Of a DNA stretch of 64,000 bases, positions 1-12,907 are shown in pieces. Below the pieces are notes generated by a model. It saw nothing but the letters and a program-made list of their open reading frames with translations. It searched no databases and had not been told where the DNA came from. Every line of letters begins with the position of its first letter. The stretch's first letter is position 1. Origin of the DNA: Hormiphora californensis (taxonomy: Eukaryota > Animalia > Ctenophora); assembly GCA_020137815.1 (NCBI GenBank), contig CM035362.1, positions 2,108,001 through 2,172,000 of the forward strand, read 5' to 3'. Made by a program: the position numbers and the translations under genes.

Positions 1-708
1 TCGGCGCAATGCCACTGCCAGCGGCAGTTTGAATGAATGAATGAAATGACATCTCGACCCCTACCAAACCACCAAATCTCTTGACCCTTTCTAACCTACT
101 GCACCTCTCATCACCTTTTATCCCACCTAGATTCTAACCTAGATGTTATCTCTCTATCTAGAGATCTAATCTTTGCATCCCTAGATGCTATCTCTCCATC
201 GCTAAATGCTACATCGCTATCAAGACCAACATCGCCATCTCCAACATTCATGTTAGTACCCCACCCTAATTTTCAAAGCTACCGGCTACCCCATCATCAT
301 TTTATTACCCCATCTCTCAGTTAGCCCACGCTACCTCTCACTCTCAACTACTCAGGAGTCAGGTACCCTATTTCTCTCCCTCCCCCTTCCCAAAAAGAGA
401 GGGTACACCGTGCCCAACAATTAGCCCACATCACCTCTCACTCTCACCTACTCAAACACCATGTCTCTGAGACATTGTCTCAAGTACCCGGCATCTCTAC
501 CACCCTACCCGTTGGGTCCCCCACGCTGCTAGATACCTATGAAATTTTGCTAGATGCCCCTAAATACACCAATGCATCCACTAGAAACCCCTCGGACTCT
601 ACAAAATACCCCTCAGAGCATTATTCACGAACGGACACTATCACACCATGTCATACTTACAAGCGGACACACACTAACATCGTTACTAAAATCTCTGTCT
701 TTTCTCAG

Positions 709-1140
709 GTATTATTGACCACGTTATACCTTCCACGACCTTCCCCACGAAAACTTTAAATTGCCAAGGTTTGTGATGAACTACAACAACATGGACACCT
801 GAAACTCGCCATTTTCCAGGTACAGTGTTGTCTTGTTCGACCCTCCTTCCCCGAACAAAACCAGTACTGCAGTGTGGGAGCGGCCAAAATTCACGTGGGA
901 GTCACGTGACACAACGTTATTTTATGTGCACTATCTCTCTCTATCTCTCAAATATGTAACGGTTTTCAATTCAGGTGTGATCATTACGGCAGACGAGTTC
1001 ACTCTTCCTATGGTTCCCACAATCAAGGGAGGGAGGGAACATGTTTTTTCATCATCACGGGACTGTTGAAGTCGGTTAAGGCACCCACGGAGCTAAGCCG
1101 TAATCTCCCTGCTGTGCATCAAGCTAACATTGGTCCTTAG
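709..1140 (+). CDS. Possible terminal exons of an unidentified gene entering from the left edge
   Basis: Three short segments (from ~709, ~820, ~975) each follow a pyrimidine-rich CAG acceptor and join without stops in phase 1. No homology recognised. Confidence 0.25.
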
Positions 1141-2620
1141 ATGGCCCTACCTCTGCTGATGGCTGTAAACTGCAAGGATTTCAGTGCAGTGGAGACATTG
1201 ATTGTCAAATCTACTATCCTGGAGCCCCATGAACAAGTTTAATGTGTAAGAGTGACTCTTGTATATTCGTAATTTCCCAATAATAGTTCCCCTCAATGTG
1301 CTGTATGTGTCTAGAGAGAGGGCTTGAGGAGACGAGTATTTTAATTTTAATTTAGGTGGACCCATAAAGGGAAGATCTATATATATATATATAATAGTGT
1401 CACCATTACTTTATTTGTAAACCTGTAAACCTGTATTTTTTTGTAACATGATTTTTCCAAGTTTAGTTTCTTCACCTTGAAAATTGTTGTTTTGTTCGAA
1501 CAAGGCAAGAAAGTTGCTCATGATGTCTTTAAAAACAACCCCAACACCGATTGGCATCACTTTTCCAGCAGCCCTCATGTCCAATTTGCCACAGTTTGAT
1601 ATATCTTTACGTCGCGCGCGTTTGTTAAATCTCTTATCGAAAGTCCATGTTAGTCAGCATTTGATAACCGCGCGTACGACCCCCTAGGCCCTTTGAGGGC
1701 CTGTAGCATAGGCCAAACTCGCTGCTGGTAGGGGTGACTTGATATACTCGGATCAAAATTCTTTCATGTATACTAGTGTGTCATAACCCCATAATGACAT
1801 CCCTCGAAATCCCGACTCTCAGATTCGAAAAATAGGGCGCATTTTGAGGTTTTTTCATTCACACGTGACAGTGACGTTGTAGATCACATGATTAGCATGG
1901 AGTCCCCCATAACTCCTTTGGGATATCAAAATAAGGTTTCATATTTCCCAACTGTGAGCGCAGTGAGCAAATGCTAACAATTACAAATTACTCGGTTTAT
2001 ATCCGCTAGTTGTCACCCTTTCATAATACCCCCCTTATACCCACAGTCACTGTCTCGTTTTTCCATTGAACAGACTGGTGCGCCAGTTAGTCATGGGAAT
2101 GAGAAGCCATTGTTTAACTGTTTGATGCAGACTAGGGTGGTAATGTTGATAATGCTATTGATAACAAATGAAATGAGGAACTCTCACAGTTATACAGTCT
2201 CACGAAAATTAAACAGTGAAATCTAATGCTCCCGCGCCTAACTTAAAACTCCCGCCTATAATACTGTCCCATTCATAGCCATACTGATAGAAAGTAGGCA
2301 AGGAAAATAAGTAGCACAAATAAAAATATTTGTTATATACTACTAGTATAGTCTACAACTTAAGTCATACTAAATATGTACAATGTACATTGTATGTTAC
2401 ATATTGTAGTACATTGATTTACCAACCTACTATTATATTTATATATGTAGTACAATACTTAAGCAGTAACTACAATACAAGTAGTGCGAATTTTATAGTG
2501 TTATACAGTGCAATATCCTCCAGATCAATTTAGAAACATACATTGTATGATATCACTGTGATTTGTGGGGATTGTGTCCTCAGGAGAACTCGACAGGGCA
2601 ATGAAATTTTCCTGGAGTAC

Positions 2621-2733
2621 TGTACAAATACAAACACGAGTGTTTTAACAGATAGCGGTTCCGGAACTGATGATCTACCGCTGGTAGTGAAACAATTGTT
2701 TTCTATTAAAACACTCGTGTTTGTATTTGTACA
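2621..2733. mobile_element. Short inverted-repeat (MITE-like) element
   Basis: Perfect 28-bp arms TGTACAAATACAAACACGAGTGTTTTAA (2621-2648) and its reverse complement (2706-2733); no clear TSD. Confidence 0.6.
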
Positions 2734-2867
2734 TTGTATGATATGTAGGTTGCTATTGATCATATTGATGATATTGAACAATTACAACATCGATAAACAT
2801 GATTTGAAAATGGACTATCTGATAAATGTGTTTGTATGTATTGACGGTTTGCATTAATTGTAGAATG

Positions 2868-2924
2868 CTGTCTGGCCGTGGACCCCATCTGAGAATCAAA
2901 TCAGGGCCTGGCACCGCTAGACAG
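2868..2924. mobile_element. 57-bp mini-transposon, CTGTCTGG family, 8-bp TSD
   Basis: CTGTCTGG...CTAGACAG flanked by direct repeat GTAGAATG (2860-2867 and 2925-2932). Confidence 0.8.
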
Positions 2925-3986
2925 GTAGAATGTGGAGGTATACCCCATTGATAATGATAGGCTAATCTGCCCCTCGCAGTGAGTCGATCCATATTAGCAT
3001 GGAGGGTGATTGGGCGAATAAACAACCGTCCGCTATCATTATATGACAAATGATAATTGTGAAGAGGTTCGTTTTAGTTGATGACCGATAACTTATTGAA
3101 AGTACATTCCCATCACTTGGCCTAAGTGACTTGGTTTGCTAAACAAAGTCACAATTGTCAATTAGATGATGACCAGATGCTTGGTAGTGACTGGTATGGC
3201 AGAACATTTGTTTGAGTGCCTGACTATTATCACGCATGAATTGCGGCTTTAAAGTGCATGGGGTTGTTACTCAACAATTACCACCCTTTACTCAACAAGC
3301 ATGGGGTGGGTTGGTAAACCTAGTTGACGGGGACAAGAATCTGAATAGCAAGGGATTGCTACAAATATAATACCGAAATATCCTACACAGCCTTGTTGAG
3401 TAAGGGGTACGACTCCTTACTCAACAAACATGGCCATATAGCATGATAGAGAATTATAGTAGCAACAACTTCTGGCGGTGCGCTCAGATGGGGTCGGCGG
3501 CGCCAGACAAAGTTGAACAATATGAACCCAAAATTAAAAGTTGTCAACCCATTTCGGTGATACAGTGTATACACCTCTAAGTTTGTTGAACAACAACTCT
3601 AAGTCGTAATATACAGCATCTACATACATACAGCCATCCGCCCATCCAAGTTGCTGACAATCGTTTTTTTAAACCGGTACAGTTTGTTACCTATTGCCGT
3701 GTCGTCTTATAATATAATTTATATTGTCGAGTTTTATGAAAACCGTGATAGCGGTAGTCGATATTTTCATTCCAAATCCAACGACTGACCTCAGTGCGCT
3801 CAGATGGGGTCGGCGGCGCCAGACAGCGACTGCCTGCAAAGTTGTTGAGAAACTGCGAAGTTAAAGATGTCAGTACTAAATCATGAATGGTTATTTCACA
3901 TTCATATCGGTTACGACCTACCGGTTGGCGCTAGACCCCGGTTGTTACTCAAGATTTTCCTGAATTTCATACGACACGTAAAGACT

Positions 3987-4056
3987 CTGTCTGGCGCCGC
4001 GACCCATCTGAGCACACTGTTTGAGAATCAAATTGGGGTCTGGCGCCGCCAGACAG
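3987..4056. mobile_element. 70-bp mini-transposon, CTGTCTGG family, 8-bp TSD
   Basis: TIR CTGTCTGGCG/CGCCAGACAG flanked by TAAAGACT (3979-3986 and 4057-4064). Near-identical inverted copy at 26837-26910; partial copies at ~3478-3509, ~3792-3826, ~24808-24855, ~27811-27880, ~60086. Confidence 0.85.
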
Positions 4057-4064
4057 TAAAGACT

Positions 4065-4181
<117 letters not shown>

Positions 4182-4494
4182 CGGTGGTTTTTGCTTTCTT
4201 TGTCGAGAAAGAGGTCACTCCTCACTCAACAACGTTTTCTAGCACGGGGACAGAAAATTCAGTTTTCTCTATATATTTGCAATCGTTGGTGACGCGGTTT
4301 CTAGTTTTTTAGTAATCTAGTACACAATCTTGACTGTGGTGATCCCTATTTAATTCTGATCAGATCTCATTCATTCTCAAAGAGTGGTAATCTCCGGTTC
4401 ATATTACGGCACACATTCTTCACTCGTTTTGCTCTTGTAGGCCAGAGATGGAGAGCGAGAGAGAGGGAAGAGAGCGAGAGAGAGGGAAGAGAGC

Positions 4495-4574
<80 letters not shown>

Positions 4575-4584
4575 GGAGTTAGCA

Positions 4585-4708
<124 letters not shown>

Positions 4709-5171
4709 AAGAGTGAGAGAGAGAGAGAGCGATCAGAGAGAATATAATATGGTAACCCCTTCGCCTTTGAGTTTGATGGTACGGTTTCTGGTTTCATTCA
4801 TTATACTCTTAATTTAACTTCCCTACTAATTGATATGACATGATATTATGAAATGGGAAATGGAACGATGAAAGAGGAATAGGAAGAGACCTAAGAGGTG
4901 CATGTCTTTTTATCAATGAACCGGGAAAGTTTATCAGATATAATGATATCAACCCTTGCCCTTACCGAACCCACACAGAATGTTCTTTTATGAAATGATA
5001 TGTGTGTGAGCTACTGCACAAATCAACCCCTTTACAGCTGTTTACACTGTTTCACAATTCGAGCAGTTCACAGCCTGAGTCGCGGTCCAAATGAATCCTT
5101 ATTCTATCCAGACACTTCAGACGGCGTCTATTTAAGAAACGAAACCTTGCGATTACATGCCAGTGTGTATG

Positions 5172-5213
<42 letters not shown>

Positions 5214-6391
5214 TGGTGCGACAAAAAATACTGTCGAGCTTGTATAACACGAAAATAAAATACTGTATATCATTTTGTTGAAACTGAATAGAGTATCAGA
5301 ACAATCAGAAAAATAACTTAATTTTACAACGGAGATTTGACACGATCAGTTATGAAAACTTCAAGCGAACTTCGAACGAGTAGAAGACTTACTACCGTTA
5401 GAGTTTCATAAACACTTTTAGATGTTCGGTAAAGAGGGGGTAAGATCTTATTTAAACAAAAATTATTGATTATACATGAAAGCGCTAATATATAGATATT
5501 TAGTAATACTGATAGATTAGAACAAACGTCATCGACACGGTTTGACAAAAAATTTAGGGGTTAACAGTTAACCTAAATGATAGACAATCCAATTGATTGG
5601 GATTATTGGGGGTCTACAATATCCATATTAATTGCAGTACCAGGCTTCGCGCCTTTTTTGAGTAACTAAACAATTCGTGCCCAGAGAAAACTTTCAGCAA
5701 AGTTTCATGCCGACTTATAGTTACTGAAACTTGACAATTTCCTGAGATAACGGCTAGCACCATAACTTTGCATTAGGCTTGATTATTAGCCATTATCTCA
5801 GGAAATGAGACACACACAGAATCGAAAACGTTTATTCTAACCAATCCGACTAGCTAAGCGCTTCCATATGACTAGGACACATATCTCAAAAATTATTCCA
5901 ATAAACACATTAACGTACTGATTACCTCAATGAGAATTATAGTTATTATACATGACTCGGAATCAATAGATGTCCCTGGAAACACTAAAAACCAATAATT
6001 GTTCTTGATATAATCATAGCTTCCGTTGTTTTTCACAGTCAAGTCCTTGCTAAATAAACAGCCAACTTGTAAATTAGGCAGGTAATTTCCGTAGTTCGAG
6101 ATATTAAAACGGCATGGAGACTGAAGAAAAGCACATCATCGGTCATCGTCAGTCCAAAACCACCTGGAAGAAAAGAAAGAAGTCAATATTTAAAAATCAA
6201 TCATATTATCCTACAATTGAACACTTATTTTTCTTCCTTGCGTGTTTTCCCGCTTCTGGTTTATGAAATAGCGAGAGCTGCGATGCGTTTGTTCCCGCTT
6301 TTGGTGGGAACACACGCGACGCATCTACCACCCGTATATATATTACTCCGGACTCCATGGTGTCAGAACTCAATTTGTACACTCAATCGTC

Positions 6392-7144
6392 ATGTCTGCT
6401 AAATCCCCTCTAAAACCTGACCCTGCTCTTTTACCTGATTCTCGCCCGACCGTGAAACAAGTTCTTGCTTTGGTGGAGCTCAAGAAGCAAGAGCTTGTTT
6501 CACCCAATTATATGGATCATGTTCTTGTTAAGGCTGTGGCAAACTTAGTGTATTCTAAGATGGTTGAATTGGGCAATATCAGTTTGAAAGAAACGAATGT
6601 GTTGACGTAAGTACCTTTTTGTATGTTCTCAATAGTTACAGTCGTTTGCATTTGCTTGTTGTACTGATATCATGGCCTTCGTTCTTCATTCTTACATTTT
6701 GACCTGTAATGTTCAGTATTAGATTTACATGATATTTGAATTCTATCAGTCAATTAAATATTTCATTGCATTCTTAGAACACTACAAAAGCTCATCAAAG
6801 AAAGGACACATTTGATAAGGAGTGGTTCGTCGAAGAACAAGGCCAAAAATTTTATACTCAAAATGAGCAAGATTTTTATGGCCAGATCTTGGCAGGTAAG
6901 AAATACGTTTAGTTATATATAGTTAAATATATATATTGTATATATATGTATATATGTTGCTTGACAGTTGACAGTATATAGTACTATATAAAAGTCTATC
7001 TATCTGTTTCCTCCCTATTTAATCCTGAACAGATCTCGTCATTGATAAGTAGTTTAGTTAGTTATATGCACTAGAGTAGAAGTTCTACTAGAACTGGGGC
7101 GATCGTACCGATGGCAATTAGAAGGATCTATTTATTTCTCTCTT

Positions 7145-7198
<54 letters not shown>

Positions 7199-7300
7199 TC
7201 TTTATGTTTCCATCTTTGTCTCTATCTCACTCTTTCTCAATCTCACTCTATCCCGTCTCACCGATTCACCATCTCACCGTGTACGTGTCTCTCTTTCTCT

Positions 7301-7398
<98 letters not shown>

Positions 7399-10300
7399 TA
7401 GATAAAGTTCGATTGAAAAATTATTAATTTTTTCCCTTATATAATTAGATTGTTGATCAACTACGGAATAGGCCGATCTTCACAAAAAGCACCGAACAGA
7501 AGTACTCTACAGCTGATTTTGTCCGCAGTAACTCAAGACAATTCAGCCAAAACTACAGCCTTCTCCTCCAAAGGGTAAGTTTAATGCGATTATAGATATT
7601 TTTCAATATAATGATGAAAGGCCAAGGGATGAAACTTGATCCGCCTAATGCATGTTGCTTGTGCCAAAAATACCCGGCATCAAATCAGATCACATCACCC
7701 AACCCATGATCAAATGACAAATCCCTCTACTGAGGATCGGATCACCCAGCCGAGAAACAGATCACATATAGCACTCAGCAGTGATGTGATCACACATAGT
7801 GAATAGTAACAGAGAGTGAGAAATCGTAGATGTGTAAGCAGGGCAAACATAGGAATCACGATCAGCCTTGGCTGTTAAAAGTAAACAATAAGACATATTA
7901 TACAACCTTATTATTTTGCTGCTCTTTTTTCAATAATCTCTAATCATTTTCAGAGTTTTTATTATTCTCTCTGGGTTGTACAAATGAACCAGACGGTGAT
8001 TTATTGTTGCAACAAGTTTCGAGGATCTACCTCTTCATCAGGCTCAATGAAGAGGTAGATCCTCGAAACTTGTTGCGACAATAGATCACCGTCTGGTTCA
8101 TTTGTACAGCCCAGACAGAATAATAAAAACTCTGACAATCAAACATGAGGCTAATAAACAGTTACCCATTCACCCAAGTCCAAACTGTCTACTAATCTCT
8201 ATTCTCTAATCATACTCATATAATATAATGGGGGGGGTGCAGCCCCAAAAAAATTCAAACTTTTTCCGAAACCCAGGGTATGGTTGGTTTTTTTTGGTCG
8301 TTTTTGGTCGTTTTTGGTCGTTTTTGGTTGAAATTTCTTTGATTTTTTTTGGTCGTTTTTGATTTTTTTTGGTCGTTTTTGATTTTTTTTGATCGTTTTT
8401 GATTTTTTTTGATCGTTTTTGATTTTTTTGAATTTTTTTGATCGTTTTTGATTTTTTTTGATTGTTTAATGTTGAACAAAAAAATCAAAAAAAATCAAAA
8501 ACGATCAAATAAAATCAAAAACGATCAAAAAAATTCAAAAAAAAATCAAAAAAGATCAAAAAAAATCAAAAAAAAAAAATCAAAAAAAAATCAAAAAAAA
8601 ATCAAAAAAAAATCAAAAAAAATCAAAAAAGATCAAAAAAAAATCAAAAAAAAATCAAAACGACCAAAAAAAATCAACACTTTTGAAAATCCAGGGTATG
8701 GTTGGTTTTTTTTTGGGCTGCACCCCCCCCAATATAATTAGTAATGCAGTAATAGTGACTATGTCCCGACTAGGTACATCTTACGCTCCAGTTACAAAAT
8801 TTGAAACTGACATCAGTTTCAAATTGTGTAACTGGTCCAGTTGCAGAATTGAAACTGACATCAGTTTCAAATTGTGTAGCTGGTCCAGTTGCGGAGTTGA
8901 AACTGACATCAGTTTCAAATTTTGTAACTGGTCCCTTGAAACTATGGTCCCTCGTCCCCAGATTCAGAATGGAGAAGTAGAGGTGGTCGACGCGGACATG
9001 AGTGATGAAGATTACATTCCTCCACCCGTGAAGATGGACATCAAACTGTGCCACACCGCAGCAGCATCCCATCAGTATAATGTGTCTCCAGGACAACTTC
9101 AAGCAGTTGTACAGGGACTTTATAAGGTGAAATACTGGTTACTATAGGTTTTAGAAGATGAACATTCTTTTTAGATACCTTAATGTAACCCGATTCAATT
9201 GTTCGCTCAGTCCCTATGTTTCTCTCTGACTCTTAATACCGACAGGATCTTACTGGGATGAAGACAAAATGCTCTAAAACAAAACTTAGGAAGGAACGCG
9301 ATATTTCTGGGGAGAAGGCTCTTGAAAGACTAAAAAAGGGACCGGCCCCAGTTGCTATATACTTTGACGGGAAGCGGGTTTGGAAGTCTTTGAAAGAGGG
9401 AAACGCTTTCCAAGAGCAGATCACTGTCCTCGGATACACGTCCGCAGACGATCCAGACCCGCTGGCCAGATATTATGGGTATACCCTATCTTCGGATAAG
9501 TTCAGTAAGTTACTAAATTAGTAATTTGTTTATATATTTATTAATATTATGTATATATGGTCCCAAAAACTAATCAAGATATAAGATATCATGTCAACAT
9601 ATAAATTCTAGACTCAAGAGTTTTAACATATTTCTTATTTTATAGCGGGAGTTGAAAAACCTTGCGAGCTTGTGGCAAGAGGAATCATAGCTCATTTGGA
9701 GGAACTAGGGATCCCAACTTACAACATTCAAGCAATTGGATGCGACGGCTGCAGTCCTAATGTTGGAAGAGTAGGCGGTAGGTGCAAAAAAAGAAGCTGA
9801 CCTACTACTTTGGCAAACTTTTCTATCAAATTATTTTGCTGACGTTATAATATCTATTCTTAGGGATCGTGTACCACCTCCAGAAACTTTTAAAAAGGCG
9901 GGTGCAGCTGATTGTGTGTGGATTGCACCGCTTGGAGCTAGGGCTCAAAGCAGCTGCTATGCATTACACTGGGGGCACAATCAATAACACAAGTTTTCGG
10001 GGAGTGATAGGCCAGATGTTATCAAGTGATGTGTGGGAGAGGCCACCAGGAGAGGTATTATATCATATATACGGTGTCTAACGCTCCATACATTTTTCCA
10101 TAAGATCAAGCTCAATAATTGATAAACTCACCTCATATAACTCTTTCAGTTTAGAAGAATTGGAACGGCAAAGGAGTTCCCAGATCGAGTTGTAGCCGAG
10201 CTAAGCACTGATAACAAACTTCTTTATCACTTGTGTCTAGTAGCTGCTACAGGTACGTAAATTAACCTGAAAAATCGAAATGATTATTTCAAAATTTAAG

Positions 10301-12138
10301 AGGGGTGAGGGAATAACATTTATCATCTAAAATCTATAGGTGGAACTATCGTGGACGGGAAATGGGTGCCAAATCACCCATCAGTTCCTAAGAATATACT
10401 GGACAGGAAGATAGGCCCACTCAATCATTCGAGATGGCTCACTCTTGCTGCCCGGTTAATTCGCCTCTACATATCCATGGATAAGGATGACCAAGGGTTT
10501 GCAGCCGTCAAACGGCTGGCTATGTACTGCGTGAAGATCTATTTTCCGATCCATATGGAAATGAAGGTAAATTTGACAAGTTCATTTCAATGATAACAGT
10601 TTTATAGCTATGCGGATGAATCAAATCATTGTTTTAGTTTGGTGTAACCCCTCCACTACCAGCCGCACCAAGCATAGAAAACGAAGCCCGCAAAGCATCA
10701 CCTATGTTTTAGTTGGTAAAGCAAATTCATTTCTTTTCAGGCACAGAGCAACATTAAGTACGGGCCTGAGCACCTGCTCAGAGAAATGACCTTAGTAAAA
10801 ACGGAGGTGTTCTTGGAGCCGGATGTACAAGAAAAGGTTTTAAAGAAGTTAAGGTGGAATTCCTGGTTCGCCCACCCAGACTTCATCATCCCAGCAATGT
10901 TAAGTAAGTATGAAGACTTAAGTTAAGGGTTGTTATGAAAAGTATGAACTAGTAGTAGAAGCTTGTTCATAGTCAAGCATTTCAATTCTTTATATCTTTA
11001 TAGTTTGCCCAATGAAGATAATTTTTTATAAAATATTGATTAAATGCAATGTTATAGCCCTATTATTTCATTTCAGAGTCCCCAAATGACCGAATTAGGA
11101 AAAGGGGTGAGAGATTGTTAGACAAAATCAAGAACCTTCCCCTCCGACCATCCTTTCATGTCGAGCGACCATGGCTAAACACCGCTGCTCAGTCTGTCGA
11201 CCAACTTTGCAAGTTCAAAATTCCGGTACGTACAATTAAGATGTCTAAAGTGTTAATAACTTTCTCAGTATTTCTTATTCCCGAAATATTAAGCGGCCTA
11301 ATTTTCAGTACGTTAATTTTTGACCAGTATTACTATTTCTAGTATAATATAAGTATAACACAACAACACTTTTTGAAGTTTATTATTTACGCGACATACC
11401 TAATACTACATATTTACTATTTACGCGACATGCGTAGCTGACTAACTTATTCTTGAAATATTAAGCGCCCTAAAAATAAAATATTAATATTTCAAGAAGT
11501 TAGTCTGCTACGCATGTCGCGTAAATATTTTTAAGTGGGGCTACAATTGCAGTGACCGATTAAATGAGCCCAAGGTCACGAAATACAATTTCAGAGAAAG
11601 GGTCGATATTCGGGACACCTGTGCTTTGCCGCACAAAAGCAGAATGGTCCAGGCGAACCAGTTACCATGAAGTGGGTTCCGGTACCCCCACCACCTTCCC
11701 TTGAATTCGACACCAGTAGACTCCTAAGCCATACCCAGGAAGTGGAACGACATGTAGCAACAAGTGCTTCCACTGCTAAACAGTATGTATTAATTTGGTG
11801 CTAGATATAAAATTATAAATGTGTCAATGGTTGGTTATGAGGGCCAGGGATATGATTCAATGGTTGCATTTGTAGTTCAGTAGTGAATGGGACTTAAGAG
11901 ACGAATCTCCAAATAAAGTTTAGTTTGGAGCTGTACATGTGATGATTTAGTTGACTTACAGTCGACGGGGCTTTATAATTGACAGGTTAATAACCATTTA
12001 TCAAGTATTAACATCATGAATACATATATTTTCAAATCTCTTCTCAGATTCAAATCTAACAAGCGAAGTCTGCTCTCGGCGCTTGTAAAAGAGCAGGAAA
12101 GAAAACGCCGAAGAATGGAAAAGAACAGTAAATATTGA
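6392..12138 (+). CDS. Intact 13-exon DDE transposase of the CxxH class (divergent hAT-like), 708 aa
   Basis: GT-AG exons 6392-6606, 6778-6895, 7449-7574, 8962-9126, 9246-9504, 9646-9777, 9864-10054, 10150-10252, 10340-10566, 10741-10903, 11077-11225, 11595-11782, 12048-12138 join phase-compatibly into 2127 nt with no internal stop. Motifs in order: IYFDGK (D1), IGCDGCSPNVG (D2), IVCGLHRLEL (CxxH), LSTDNKLLY, HSRWLTLAARLIRLY, WNSWFAHPDFIIPAML, SHTQEVERHV (E). Confidence 0.85.
7950..8135. mobile_element. Long near-perfect hairpin (foldback) in transposase intron 3
   Basis: ~89-bp arms with 4 mismatches around an 8-nt loop (8039-8046). Confidence 0.75.
8230..8730. mobile_element. Foldback-type non-autonomous DNA transposon with subrepeat arms, 8-bp TSD
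   Basis: Termini GGGGGGGGTGCAGCCC / GGGCTGCACCCCCCCC. Interior (GATCGTTTTT/GATTTTTTT)n array followed by its inverted A-rich array. TSD AATATAAT (8222-8229, 8731-8738). Confidence 0.85.
8788..8934. repeat. Tandem trimer of ~48-bp self-palindromic units
   Basis: CCAGTT.CA.AATTTGAAACTGA-CA-TCAGTTTCAAATT.TGTAACTGG repeated three times head-to-tail, just upstream of transposase exon 4. Confidence 0.85.
11419..11527. mobile_element. Short inverted-repeat element in transposase intron 11
   Basis: ATTTACGCGACATGCGTAGCTGACTAACTT...TTCTTGAAATATTAA and its inverted counterpart ending GCATGTCGCGTAAAT. Confidence 0.6.
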
Positions 12139-12240
12139 GTTTGTAAATTTGTAATTTTTGAATACTCTATTTTGTGGACTATGTACTGTACATACGGAAC
12201 TATTTTTGAAGAAACCAAAATAAATGTGTATATTCGAATT

Positions 12241-12248
12241 AACTAGAA

Positions 12249-12318
<70 letters not shown>

Positions 12319-12319
12319 A

Positions 12320-12381
<62 letters not shown>

Positions 12382-12582
12382 TAGAGAGATAGCAGAGCTA
12401 GAGAAATAACAGAGCGATAGCAGGGAGAGATAGCAGGGAGAGAAAGTTAAGCAGAGATAGATACCAGAGAGATGGCAGAGTACGAGATAGCAGAGCTAGA
12501 GAGGTAGCATAGAGATTGCAGAGAGAGAAAGCAGAGACGAGAGATAACAGAGAGAGAGAGAGTTAGCAGAGAGAGAGAGTTA

Positions 12583-12623
<41 letters not shown>

Positions 12624-12876
12624 AGAGAGAGAAGAGAGATAGTAGAGAGAGAGAGCAGAGAGATGGTAAGAGAGATAGAGCATAGCTAGATAAATAACAG
12701 GAGCGTATAGCAGGGAGAGATAGCAGGGAGAGAAAGTTAAGCAGAGATAGATACCAGAGAGAGATGGCAGAGTACGAGATAGCAGAGCTAGAGAGGTAGC
12801 ATAGAGATTGCAGAGAGAGAAAGCAGAGACGAGAGATAACAGAGAGAGAGAGTTAGCAGAGAGAGAGAGAGTTAGC

Positions 12877-12907
<31 letters not shown>

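Noticed and set aside
1147-3200. Minus-strand exon-like segments
   Set aside because: Could not be joined without stops and no homology recognised.
5560-5900. Candidate left end of the transposon around the transposase (TTTCCTGAGATAA/TTATCTCAGGAAA inverted pair)
   Set aside because: No matching right TIR or TSD found; downstream runs into microsatellite and gap.
8255-8741. Lys-rich ORFs
   Set aside because: Come from the A/T subrepeats of the foldback element.
8788-8934. CRISPR-like look (palindromic repeats); also 48867-49070
   Set aside because: No unique spacers, no cas genes, eukaryotic context.
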